NCBI GenBank assembly: GCA_964187785.1
Contig: OZ076409.1
Span: 76,944,001 to 77,008,000, forward strand
DNA from: Amphiscolops sp. MND2022
Taxonomy: Eukaryota
Length of the DNA: 64,000 nt
Direction: 5' to 3'
In this document: in pieces, positions 42,092 to 53,126 of the stretch
Layout: each line of letters begins with the position of its first letter
Position numbering within the stretch: position 1 is the first letter of the stretch
Position numbers and translations under genes: made by a program
The notes under the pieces: model-generated
The model's database searches: none
Told to the model about the DNA's origin: nothing
The model's input: the letters and a program-made list of their open reading frames with translations, nothing else

Positions 42092-43082
42092 AAATGTCTC
42101 TTTTGGGGAAATATTTATTTTTTCCCTATGACTTTACCAACAAAGAGAGTTGATAGAAATGGTTTACAGTGTACAAAAGTATAAACTGATACTGTTGAAG
42201 GAATCTCGAGTTATGGTCCCTAAGACCACGAGTCCCTCGTATTTATACCTGCACCTTCATGACAGTCAATTTTAGAGGCGTCAAAGGTCTATTTTTAAAA
42301 TGAGGTAAGCTGAAAATAGCATCAGGGTGACGTAATACTCTGAATATAAACATCTAAAGGTAGCGGCATAAATGTTTACATGGCCTTAAAGGCTACATCA
42401 ACTATAGTCATGGAAAATGCATATGAAACATTTACATGTCAGAGCAACATTACATGTATAATAACACATATTTGCATGAAGATTAATGGACTAAAGGTCC
42501 ATTTGATGAATATGGGGAAAAGGCTACGAGTTAAAACCTCTTGGTTTCCTGAGGCTATTTCACTTTTGATTAGCGCCTTTTATTGAGTGGATGAACGCTG
42601 AATAGCTCCTTTCATTCAATTTTGGACTCAGTGTCCAATTGCCGCAGCTTTTACTTCAAAATAAACAAATCAATGACGAACCGCCATTGAGTCCAATAAT
42701 AATGCTGATAAGTATACTGCTCTCTGATTAGTTGATAAATAAATCGGACTGTGTGTCCAGCGAGCCAGGAGATGAAACACTTGAGCTCGTTTCCTCTACC
42801 TGTACGCCTTGGTGTCCAATTTCTCAACGCATACAAATAACTTTACATGTCTTATTACATCAAATCAGTAACAAAGCAACCAAATAGATATAGTTACATG
42901 TTTTATTATATAATAACATAACAAAACAGTTTCATTATGTAAAGTTTCAGTCCTGCCTACTCTGATCTTCCGGGCCTGACTGTCGACCTTTCCTTAATTG
43001 AGAGGGATTGTCTCGGGTAAAGCCCTACCGTAATCATAGGCACGCGTATACCAGTTGCCATCGCAGGCGGCCGCCTGCGACA
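41543..43082 (-). repeat. 5' LTR of element A (1540 bp)
   Basis: Direct repeat of 29394-30879; TATA-like TATAAATA on minus near 42240-42247. Confidence 0.95.
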
Positions 43083-43502
43083 GTTGGTTCGGGAGATTAT
43101 AGGGATTCTCCGGATGAAAAAACAAACCGAAAATTTTAATTCTAAGCTACTCAATTTTCGAAATTAAAATTTCCTAAAAATTGCATTTTCTAACTATTTC
43201 AGTAAGCGTTGTAGAAATTTCAAACAAACATTTTAGTGAACTAGTTAAAATGCTAAGAAATTGTCTTAGCTGACATTTTCTTGTATTTGTGACAGTTTTC
43301 ATGAAATTTGGATTTGAAATTTGCAATTATAAGCAATGGAGTTGTGATATTTTAGAACGCTACTGTAGTTCGAGTCTTAAGGTTCTATCTTGTCTCTCGA
43401 AGATCAGCATTTGCATTATCTGTTTTTTGCTGGCAATTCCACGGATATTTACATCACCTTGTTCGTGTCCTGGTCTTTGACTTTCACTTGCTTCAGTTCG
43501 GT

Positions 43503-44050
43503 CTTTTTAGTCGAAAACTGCCTGACTCTCACAGTGACTTTTTTCTCCAGACAACTGATCTCACACTGAAAGGTCCACATTTTACAGAATTTCTCTAGGG
43601 CTTCCTACCTTACCAGCAAGCAACCTGTGGTGCTTTCAAAGGGTACCACCTTTCGCTACCATAGTTTTTAAAGCATTTGTCGTCTCTAAACAATTCAATT
43701 GGTTATACTGTTTTTTTTACATTGTGAGATTTTTCTCCAAAAGTCCTTGATGTCAATGTGTTCCCGCTTTTTTTCGATTTCCTGCAACAAACTGGATAAT
43801 AGAAAAGCCCAAAGGGTCGCCTCTTTTGCGTTTTTCGGCACCATGAGACGTTTTTCGCTTATGTTTTTATTAATGCTTACAAAGATAGAGGAAAGACCAA
43901 AGGGTCCCCTCTTTGAATTTTTTTCGGTAGTATGCAATTTTTCGGAATTGTTTTGAAACAACTGAGTTGCCCTCCTTCAATTATCAGCAGAAACAGCGGT
44001 TTGCGAATATAAAGGGTTTCTCAAACTTTTCGGCACTATGCGACTTTTCG
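43503..44050 (+). mobile_element. Diverged Helentron/DINE-like element
   Basis: TTTTTAGTCG...GACTCTCACAGTG start; internal TTTTCGGCAC.ATG.GAC and CCAAAGGGTCCCC motifs shared with 21157-21604. Confidence 0.45.
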
Positions 44051-45299
44051 AAGACAATTTTGAATAAACTTGAAACGAAACAAAAATTCTCATTCAATTT
44101 TCGGTTTTTCAAAAGTTTCGCAAAATTTCTGCGAATAGATTTCTGAGGAAAAATATTGCTCCAATAAAGCATCTTTCTGTCTGGGGAGTTATGAGAAGCA
44201 ATGGCCAAAAACGTTGCAAATATTCATGTAACTTTTGTCTCCAAACAACTTTCCTGTTACGAAAGAAATAGGCCGTTAGTTTTTGGAATAGTTTGGCAAA
44301 AGTTCTTCAAGAATTCCTAGAGCAAAATTAAGCCTCCAAGGAAGTAGTTTTTCCCTAAAAGGAGTTTGAATTCTACTGATGCGTATCTCGCCGCCGAAAG
44401 CTGTATCTGTTAAACTTTTCATAGGTTTTGCGTGCATGCCAATGTGGGCCGAAGCTGAACGCGAGCCTTGTGCGAAGCTCCTTTGCAGTAATTTTATGTT
44501 TCTTTGCTTCATTTCTCAATTGGTTCCCAATTCGTACATTCTCTACAATTCTCAATTCCCAATTCTCAATTCGCACTATTTTACATGTTGTTCTAGTTGC
44601 TGACTTTTGTGTTCGGTTTCTAGTTTAGACACTTTTGTCAATGTTGCTCTTTTCTAAACTTAAGATTTCTCTATAGAAACGTACGTAATTTTTTCTGTTT
44701 TTGTCGTTGAAATGCAGTTTCAAAAAACTTGAAAAAACTCAAAAGTTCGAGTGATTTTGCCATTTTTACCTTTTCTCAAAGAAAGTCAAATAATCGCAAT
44801 ATATTTGCTACGAACATGGATGTTTCTTCATTTAATTCTTTAGAAACAATCTCATATGTTGCTTTTCATTTAGAGAAAGGATATTACAAAATTTACCAAA
44901 AAAACGAAGGCTGAGAGAAAATTCTTTTTTTTCCCAACTATAGGACTCAAGGACGGAATTTATTATTGACGATATTGACTCATGACTAGCTGAAGTTGTA
45001 TAAAAAGTTTTGTAAATTATAAAGCATATTAAGGTGAAACGGTTAGAAACATGTCAGGCTAACTTTTGAAAACTAACCGTATGGGGTCTGCTTTAAATAG
45101 TATCTCATCAGCTTCATTATTTGACAAGTAAAATTAAGAAAACTAAAGAAAGTTCGGAAGAAATAAGCCAGAAGAAAAAATGACACAATTCGTTTAGTCT
45201 AGAGTTCCCCGATGATATCTTTATCATATTTTGTAACTTCATGTTTTTCTTCAAGTTTACATAATCTTCAGGAAAAAATATCAGGAAAGAACTAGACTA

Positions 45300-46403
45300 T
45301 AGCAATGTTGTGATGACCGCATTTCTCCACTTCTCAAAAGCTTGCGATTCCATTTCTCATGAGATCTCGATTGGGAAGCTCAAGTCATTAAAGTTTGATA
45401 CGACCGCTGTATCAATGAAAAACAAATTTAACTGGACGGACCCAATGAGTAATATTACCTACAACTCAGTCAAATTGGATAGAGTTGTAACATGGTGTTC
45501 AAAAAGGAACAGTGTTTGGTTCTTTGTTGTTCAAATTTTATGTGAATAGCATGCAGAATGAGATCAAACGACCAACTCAATTATTACAGTATGCTGATGA
45601 CATATTTTTGTTTGCGGCTGCAGACGAGGCTGAAACAAGTATTAAACAATTAGAGTGTTGAAAATTTGGTAAACTTTTTTCAAGCACAGCGATTGAATAT
45701 CAATACTAGCAAAAAAATGTTTTCTCTTAACCATCAAAGAACAAAGAGCTGGAAAAGCTCAGGTTGAAAATAGGAAATCGTTTGATAAAACCAAAATAAT
45801 CTGTAAAAAAACTTTGGTATACATATAAATCGAAACCTGACTTATCTACAAGAAGTGAACAAGATTTTACAAAAATGGCCTGTGAAGTCCAAACGATTAA
45901 ATGCTTAGGAGATTTCCTACTGCAAAAAGAAAAAAATTTTGGTTCTAAAATCTCTCGTAATTAGTCATTTACATTATTCTTCGATTCTTCTCACTGGTAT
46001 ATCGCAAAATCTTTTGACAACTTTGGAAAAACAGTTAAATTGGGCAGTAAAATCTTGCGTTCTTCGAAACAAACTGGAATCAGCACATGATCCTAGTATC
46101 GGACACAAAATTTTGTCTATCAGGCATTTTTTGGATTACAAATCCATTTACTATTTTTGGAAATGGATATCTAATCTTTTACCTGTGTTTCAACATAATG
46201 AAATTACCACAGCGAACTTCAACCATCAAGTGACGAAAAATAAGTTGGGCTATAACTCTTATTTTCGGAGTGACTTTATCCGCAAGAGTTTCTTCAAGAG
46301 AGCAAGTCTTTTATGGAACACCCTATCACAAACACTACAAAATACGAAAGAATCAATTGGAAACATGAAAAAATCAGACATTATTTCACTGAAAAGTTTG
46401 TGA
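45300..46403 (+). pseudogene. Decayed non-LTR (LINE, CR1/L2-like) reverse transcriptase 3' fragment
   Basis: FLHFSKACDSISH (cf. FLDLSKAFD), HGVQKGTVFGSLLF (cf. GVPQGSVLGPLLF), LQYADD near 45590, and KSLVISHLHYSS C-terminal region; many frameshifts. Confidence 0.8.
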
Positions 46404-46928
46404 TTGAATTTGAAAATCCTCAGTTTGGAAGGAGTCAAAAATGTTGGTTGGATTACCTTACCGTTTTAGATAATTGAACAATTTCAGTAGGTGCCAGCAT
46501 GATGGAAATATAGTCTAATAAACATCTCTAATGTAAATACTATGTCTTATGTACTTAGATATGGGCAATATGAAGTCATATATTGAGAGTCATGGTTGTG
46601 AGCAACCCTACGTTACCTGTACTTAAATCTCTTCTTTTGAGTGTGAGTTTCGGTGTCCGCATAAATGATCATGCCCATAGAAACAAGGTGCTATAATCAT
46701 TAAATATTGGTTTGTCACGACAAGGGAGAAAAGTTTTCCGGTCAGACTGGGTCGAAGGACAAAAAAGAGATGAACTTTGTTCCTTCATAAAGCTCCTGCC
46801 TCAGAGCGACAGTTGTGAAAAATCATTATCTCAGTTCACCAGCGCTAACTTATGCAACATAATGTAGGAAAAATCATCCTTTCTCATCCACTAGACTAAT
46901 TACAAAGAACCACGCATATAATTGCGCT

Positions 46929-47420
46929 CCCAGCAAAATTCATCGCAAACCCATCAGCGGGTTCGAAGGTGAAATCATTCAACTGCCATTTTATCATAAC
47001 TCATCTGAAATCCATCAGCGGATTTCGACGGTGACGTGTTTTGTTATTCATCACAAATCCATCAGCGGATTTGCTAGCAGTACTCTTTGATGATTATCTT
47101 TTGAAGTTCATCGCAAACTCATTCTCAAGTTTGCAAATGAACTAAACATGGGACTTAGTTATTTATTTAAATCATAAGTGCATCAACGGATTTCTCGGGA
47201 CTTAAAATTTGTCAAACTCATCATAGAAACTTCGCAAGTTCATCAGCGGACTTGTTCAGTATGTTTGATTTAATTCGAATACTTCAAACTGATGTACTTT
47301 CCATTTTCTGAAAAAAAAACATGAAACACATCGTTAGTTCATCGCATAACTAGAGAGACTGAGGAAAATGGAAAGTATATCCTTAATTCATCAATAAAAG
47401 AGCGATTGTGCTGGATTATA
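46929..47420 (+). repeat. Degenerate array of CATCAGCGGA/CATCGCAAA motifs after a CCCAG start; likely end of another CMC-like element
   Basis: CATCAGCGG at ~46952, 47013, 47060 and 47241, and CATCGCAAA at ~46941 and 47109. Matching right TIR not found with confidence. Confidence 0.4.
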
Positions 47421-48276
47421 TTATTTGAATGAGAAACACATCGATAATTCATTGTCAACTTAGTATTGTGCTGAAATATGAGAGGAAGTCCATCCTTTTT
47501 TCATCGCGAATCCAATTGGTGCTTGAATTCAGTAAATACCTTTGTGTTTTCATCCTCAAACCATTCGTGCACTTGGGTAACGTCGTATATTGTCAGTACA
47601 GCTTGGAAATCACCGCATTTTTATCACCAAAGGCAATTTACATTGATTTAACTCAGTATTAGTGCAAGAATGATCATATTCATCATGTTTCTATCCCCAT
47701 AGCAACCGTTGTTATGTGCAGGTAATTTGCAAACGCTGTAAAGGGTATGATTCTCTGGTAATTAGTATATATGCAGGTTTACCATACGAGGTAGCCATCC
47801 TGCGGCATTTTGCACCACTGGTAGTCATGTGACTTACCAATTAACACCAGCTGTTATAACCAATGAAAAACGAAGGTTGGTAAAAATTGTGTCTTAATAA
47901 CCAGCAGAACGCGCGAATTACTGAAGTTTGAACCGCCATAGTTGGATAGTCAGAAGAGAATTGTGACTAGCTAGAGTACAGTCGGTACCGTACGACACAT
48001 TTGCATCCGAATTCCATCAATTTTCAAAGCTGATTAATCAACTTCTACCTGATTTCAATTTGCGATGAAATTGAGATGACTTCCTTCTGTTGTGTTTCAT
48101 ATTGAATTTCCTACTACTGTAAAAGAAATAATTTCGAATCCTTCATCGAAAACTCATCTCACTTCAAAAGAGTGAGTTTGAGACATTTGTACCAAACTAT
48201 TTAAAATAGAAAATAAACGCCCGATAACCGATACAAATAATCCAGTCTTCGCTCACATTTACTTTTCGCCCCTCGT

Positions 48277-48583
48277 ATGAGTTTAGAACAAAGAATCCAG
48301 CTCAGGAACGGCAAAGTTATTAATTTTATGTCAGAAGAAAACACCTCCTCAAGTAACGTGATGGCAGAGTCGAACATAGTTGATTCCGACACTAACGACA
48401 GCTCCGACATTTCTTCCCAGTTGACTGAAATGAAAGAGAATTTTGAGAGAAAAATTAGTGAATTGCCGTCAGAATTTAGCCAACTGAAAGACCTGATGAT
48501 GGCTGTCAGAAGCAAGTCGAACAATGAAAGCCCATCGAAAAGTTCTCAAGGTCTTTCAAAGCGGCCCCAAGTGGGGTCCGACA
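48277..48583 (+). pseudogene. Gag-N-terminus-like ORF fragment, possibly from a solo or truncated LTR of another family
   Basis: MSLEQRIQLRNGK..., acidic/Ser region then coiled-coil-like segment. Coding-like composition stops abruptly at ...GTCCGACA (LTR-like CA end). Confidence 0.35.
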
Positions 48584-50149
48584 GTAATATTTTGTATGTC
48601 CTATTTCTGTGCACACTGTTTTTCATGTCATTTTAAAAGTTTGTTTTTTATTTTAAATATGCACGTGGAAATTCAGTTTTTTTTCATATCATAAATTTTT
48701 AGTTCCCGGTAGATTTAAACTTAGAACTTTTTCAGAAGATTACATAGTGATTAGATCTTTTTTCTAAAATATTTTGTAACCCTGGAGTGGAAGCTACTCA
48801 CGTCAGTGGCAGCGCATCAAACTTGGCTATATGGCATCTATGTTTTCATCACCGTGACGTATTTTAAATAGCTGGATTTGAATGAACAACTTTGTTTACT
48901 CCCTGTGTTGTAATCGATGACAACATAATACCGTCACAAAAGTTCCAGAGTCCGAAGCTGCACAGAAAATTTGTCAACTGCTCTCATGATTGATAAGATG
49001 GATCATCCGTCGGCCGCTATTCATGAAAAATTGGTTTCCCCGCAGACATTCGAAATGTCAAAAAATAAATGAAAGTTTGGAAACATTTGCCCAGAAAATT
49101 CACGATAGGTTTTGTAAGGACTCAAACGAAAAAGATCAATAAAATGAACTACTGGCGACGAACCTTGATATTCTAGAGCTATGAAGTATCAAAACTAAAC
49201 TTCAATATACAAACCAATTACAAATCAATGAGTGTGCCACAGTTTGAAATACAAGGTACCATTTCGAGAAAGTTGTTTAAATGTAGTTCGAAACAATTTT
49301 TTATTCTTATAATAAAAAGTTTTCTAACTTCATTAGAACTGCATTTCTAACTTTATAACTTTATTATAAATCTCAAAACCGTCACTAAGGAGTACATAGC
49401 TCAACCGGGACCATTTTGCATGGAACAGAAAAAGTCAGAAATTGAATCGAAATGGGATGTAGCCTTATGATGAGATACACTACTTATGTTGTACTTGGTA
49501 CCATTATCCATGGCCCAATAATTGAATACTCACAACCAGGGGTGTAAAAATACACTTATATTATATTTTTGAAACAAATACCAATATTTACTTTGTTCCT
49601 GGTCAACAAAAAAGATCCTTGAAATATTTCCTTATTTCGTTTGAGGAAAAATGTGTTGTTCGAACAAAAAGCTTATTTGGCAACTTCTTGGACTATATTT
49701 ACATCCCAATCCTTTTTTTTCACAAACAGAAATAAACTTTTTTGTTTGAAAGAATAAGGTTAAAAAAGTAAAATAGTGAATTCACGTTGAGATCTCATGG
49801 TAAGACAACCTGTTGTGTTTCGTAAGTATATCTAAGCTAAGCGATAGCCCCTCTGGACCGGTCATCTGCCGACGGTAGTTAAATGCTAATTAGGTCACAA
49901 GGATTGATAATTGCTCATGCCAGTTTAAGTGTAGCTTCAATTTCTTCTATACCACATTCCACCAATTTTTGAGGGCCGTAGTTCGACTGTCGTTCGTTGT
50001 CCATTGCCGCTAGTATTGGGATTTGAGGCTCGTGCAATTCCAGAATGTACTCTTCTTCTCCACTTATGTCGGTGGCGTCGGTCCAAACATATTAATTCTT
50101 ATTGCCTAGTGCGTAGTGGCTAGCACTATATTCTACTACGTGGAATCTA

Positions 50150-50357
50150 TTTTTAGTCGGCGTTTTCGAAGAAAATCCCGACTCTTACAGTGGCTAGTTT
50201 TTTTTTCGTCAGTTCAACGCGTAACGTCCACTTTTTGTGCATTATAATGCACATTTACCAACTTTTACCATATGTACTTAATACTTCATTTTCAACGCAT
50301 CCAAAGCGTCTAACATGAGAAAAAGCGTCCCCCCTTTTACATTTTCGGCACTATGCG
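50150..50357 (+). mobile_element. 5' part of Helentron/DINE-like element interrupted by element B
   Basis: TTTTTAGTCGGCGTTTTCGAAGAAAATCCCGACT 5' end. The family motif TTTTCGGCACTATGCG abuts TGTCGCAGG of the B LTR. Confidence 0.65.
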
Positions 50358-51985
50358 TGTCGCAGGCTGCCGCCTACGATGGCAACATTTACACGATTGA
50401 CCATACGAAGCCAATCGCCCTACCTGGGACGCTCCCATTGTAAACCAAAACTTTCAAACATTTAGTATTATTTTGAACATGTAATATTAATTGATGAATT
50501 ATATTGTTATTTCTTATGTAAAATACATTTGACAGCAAGACATACTGACAGGCAGAAAGGAAACGTGTTCAAATGTTTACCTGCTCAGTATGGCTAGCTA
50601 AGCCGCCTACGGTCAATTGGCCAATCAGAGTGCAGTTTGTAATAGCCATCTTATTACTTATTACGTAACTGTGCTAATAACTATTTAGAATGGACCAAGG
50701 CGGCCAACTAACTTTGCCGGCCTTTTTGTGCTCTAATGCTATACTTGATTGGTATTCAGTAATTACAAATAGGACGAAAGCGGCTATGTGACATAGCCGT
50801 CCCAATTCACTGTATTAATTGTCTTGGTGCTATGCAGTAAATAAGGCCTGTCATGGCCGGTTGGCACGATGAATACTCAAATGCTGTATACTTGCCATAT
50901 GAAATTGGTATTCCAGTTAATTAGTGGCTTGAAGATGCAAATAACCCACCCCATGCAATAAACAGACATATACACTGTTAACATGTAATTGTTGCTCTCT
51001 CATATTATGATGGGACTGAATTAGAAAACCCCAACGGCCATACGCCGAACAGGGCCTTCATGAATTGTTGTGCATGTAAACTGTTGCTTGCATGAATTAT
51101 ACTTGTAAACAATTTGACCCATATGTGGATGAGACTTGTCGGGCCCTTTGATCTAGCCGCCCGCACAAGTCTAAAATGATGTCATGTTACTATTTATAGT
51201 GCTGACGTATCTATTTTTAGTTTGCGTTGCTATTTTTAGTATCATGACCGTTACAATTTTGCCTGTCATGCCCTCTGGGGTATATATACCCAAGTCGGCC
51301 TGACAAAGGTTAATCATAATTTAGCAGCTACCTGATACACTACGCTCATTTTGATTAATCTGAAAATAGAAATACTTGTCCACAGGAACAATTCAAATAT
51401 TTTCTCCTGGAATAATATTTTCAATGCCTTCTACGAGGAGACAAAAGGCCAAGTCTAGAAAATCGAGAGAATTAGATATGTTGTCCGACTACGGCAACAT
51501 GGACGTGATGCTAGGTGGGAGAAGTTCCAACTCTATAGAGAGAGAACTCGATAGCTTGATTAACGTCCCTGAGGGACAACGAGACTTTCAGTCCTTTCCA
51601 AATAGAGAAAACTCATCTCAAGAAAATGAGATTAGAGACATTGATAGTAGAAATGAACCAGTTAGGGAAAGTAGGCTAATTGAGTCTATCAATACGCTAT
51701 CTGGTGAAATGAACGCTAGGATGTCACGCGAGATGAAGGCTATGATGGACCTAATGCAATCACAAATTACCAGAGCCATTAGCTCTGCTATAAGCGAGAG
51801 AATTATTCCGGAAATACAAAATATGGTTGAAAACTTGCCTTTGGGTCAAAATGGCGTTGGGCCGGGTACGTCCCTAAATGAGGATGGAGTCAGAAGCGCA
51901 TGGGAGAACGCAAATACAAGATTGACAAAGAAGGACTCTAGGTCCGCTTGTGACTTGAGAGAACATCCGGACGTTAGTCCTTACA
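50358..51985 (+). repeat. 5' LTR of element B (1628 bp, boundaries inferred from homology with A)
   Basis: Begins TGTCGCAGG and ends CCTTACA before TGGTGACAGGAG; TATA-like TATATATA at 51281-51288. The second LTR is not in the window. Confidence 0.85.
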
Positions 51986-53126
51986 TGGTGACAGGAGCTA
52001 CCGAACTCCAACAGCCGATTCCTGAATTCCTCACAGGACGAATCCACTCTCAGCCAGACCTCCAAAGACAAGAATCTACTCATGATACAACTCTGGATAC
52101 AACTCTGCCAATAGCGGAGCCTGCTCCGGCAGAACAGCAACAAGACCCTATCAACCGATTGGCAGATGTCCTGGTAAACCTCCAAAATAAACCACACTCG
52201 ATGACAATTAGACCAGTCACGACGAACCCCATGACATTTGACGGCAAACAGAGAAATTTGAATTGTTTGAAGATTTATTTCATACAATGATAAAGATGCA
52301 GCCTGCTATGACTGAACAAATGAAAATAAACCATTTTCATTCTCTGCTCAGAAAAGGAGCACTGCAAACTTTCCGAAATATAAACTCCATAAACCGTCAA
52401 ACATTAGAAGACGTATTGGTCATATTCCGCAGAAAGTACGTCAAACCCGAGTCTCAAGCCACAGCTAAACATAAGTGGCATAGGCTCATCTTTGATCCCA
52501 ACACAATGAAACTACCCGATTTTCTTGAGGAACTCAACCAGGGTGCCGAGAAGGCCTTTGGGGAAAACGCCAAAAGCATGATCGACAGTCTCTTGTATGC
52601 TAAATTACCCCCAAAACTCAAAAGATCAGTAAATATGGCTCGACTGGAAAACGGGACCTACGAGGAGATTGTGGCACATCTGGAACGGGAACTTGAGTTA
52701 AACGCATTAGAAGAATCTGATGACCTACCCATTGCTACAATGGCTTCGTCGTCCAACAAATCCCGAAATTTACTATCTAATGGCATTGACACCAACAAAA
52801 ATAACCAATGCTCATACTGCAAGGCAGACGACCACTTCTGGAAAAACTGTCCAAAACTGAAAAAGAAGAAAGAATCAGAGGCCAAAGACGGCAAGAAGCC
52901 TCAACGACAAACTTATCCAGAATGTCCCACCTGCAGCAAAACCAATCACCCAGCAGAGAAATGTTGGCGTGGCGCTGGTGCCCATCTTCGTCCAAAAAGA
53001 AATAGACAAGACTCCTCCAAAGACACGGAGCCCTCTGAAGACGAAGGCACTCGCACCAAGAATGAAAAATCCACAACATCCTCATCAGGCCAATCGAACT
53101 CCAAAAAACCGGAATCAAAAAACTAA
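51424..53126 (+). CDS. gag: Gag with two CCHC zinc knuckles; one apparent 1-nt deletion near 52248
   Basis: MPSTRRQKAK start; CSYCKADDHFWKNC and CPTCSKTNHPAEKC. Element A reads FDGKSEKFELFEDL continuously where B shifts frame. Confidence 0.9.
51986..51997 (+). promoter_or_regulatory. Primer binding site of element B (TGGTGACAGGAG), within the gag reading frame
   Basis: Identical to A. Read in frame as TAC ATG GTG ACA GGA GCT (Y M V T G A). Confidence 0.85.
53117..53123 (+). other. Putative -1 ribosomal frameshift heptamer A AAA AAC at the gag-pol junction
   Basis: X XXY YYZ pattern in the gag frame just before the TAA. The -1 frame is the pol frame. Conserved in A at 40408-40414. Confidence 0.75.

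Larger units (their letters stand above)
29394..43082 (-). mobile_element. Element A: complete but decayed large Ty3/Gypsy LTR retrotransposon (13.7 kb) with accessory cassette
   Basis: LTRs 29394-30879 and 41543-43082 (TGTCGCAGG...CTTACA on minus), near-matching 5-bp TSD GTAGG/GTTGG, PBS, PPT, and gag/RT/RH/IN remnants homologous to element B. Confidence 0.95.

Noticed and set aside
49880..50092. C-type-lectin-like remnant on the minus strand (VWTDATD...PN...VEL...GMW)
   Set aside because: Needs frameshifts and stops and lacks the key cysteines; resemblance too weak without a profile search.
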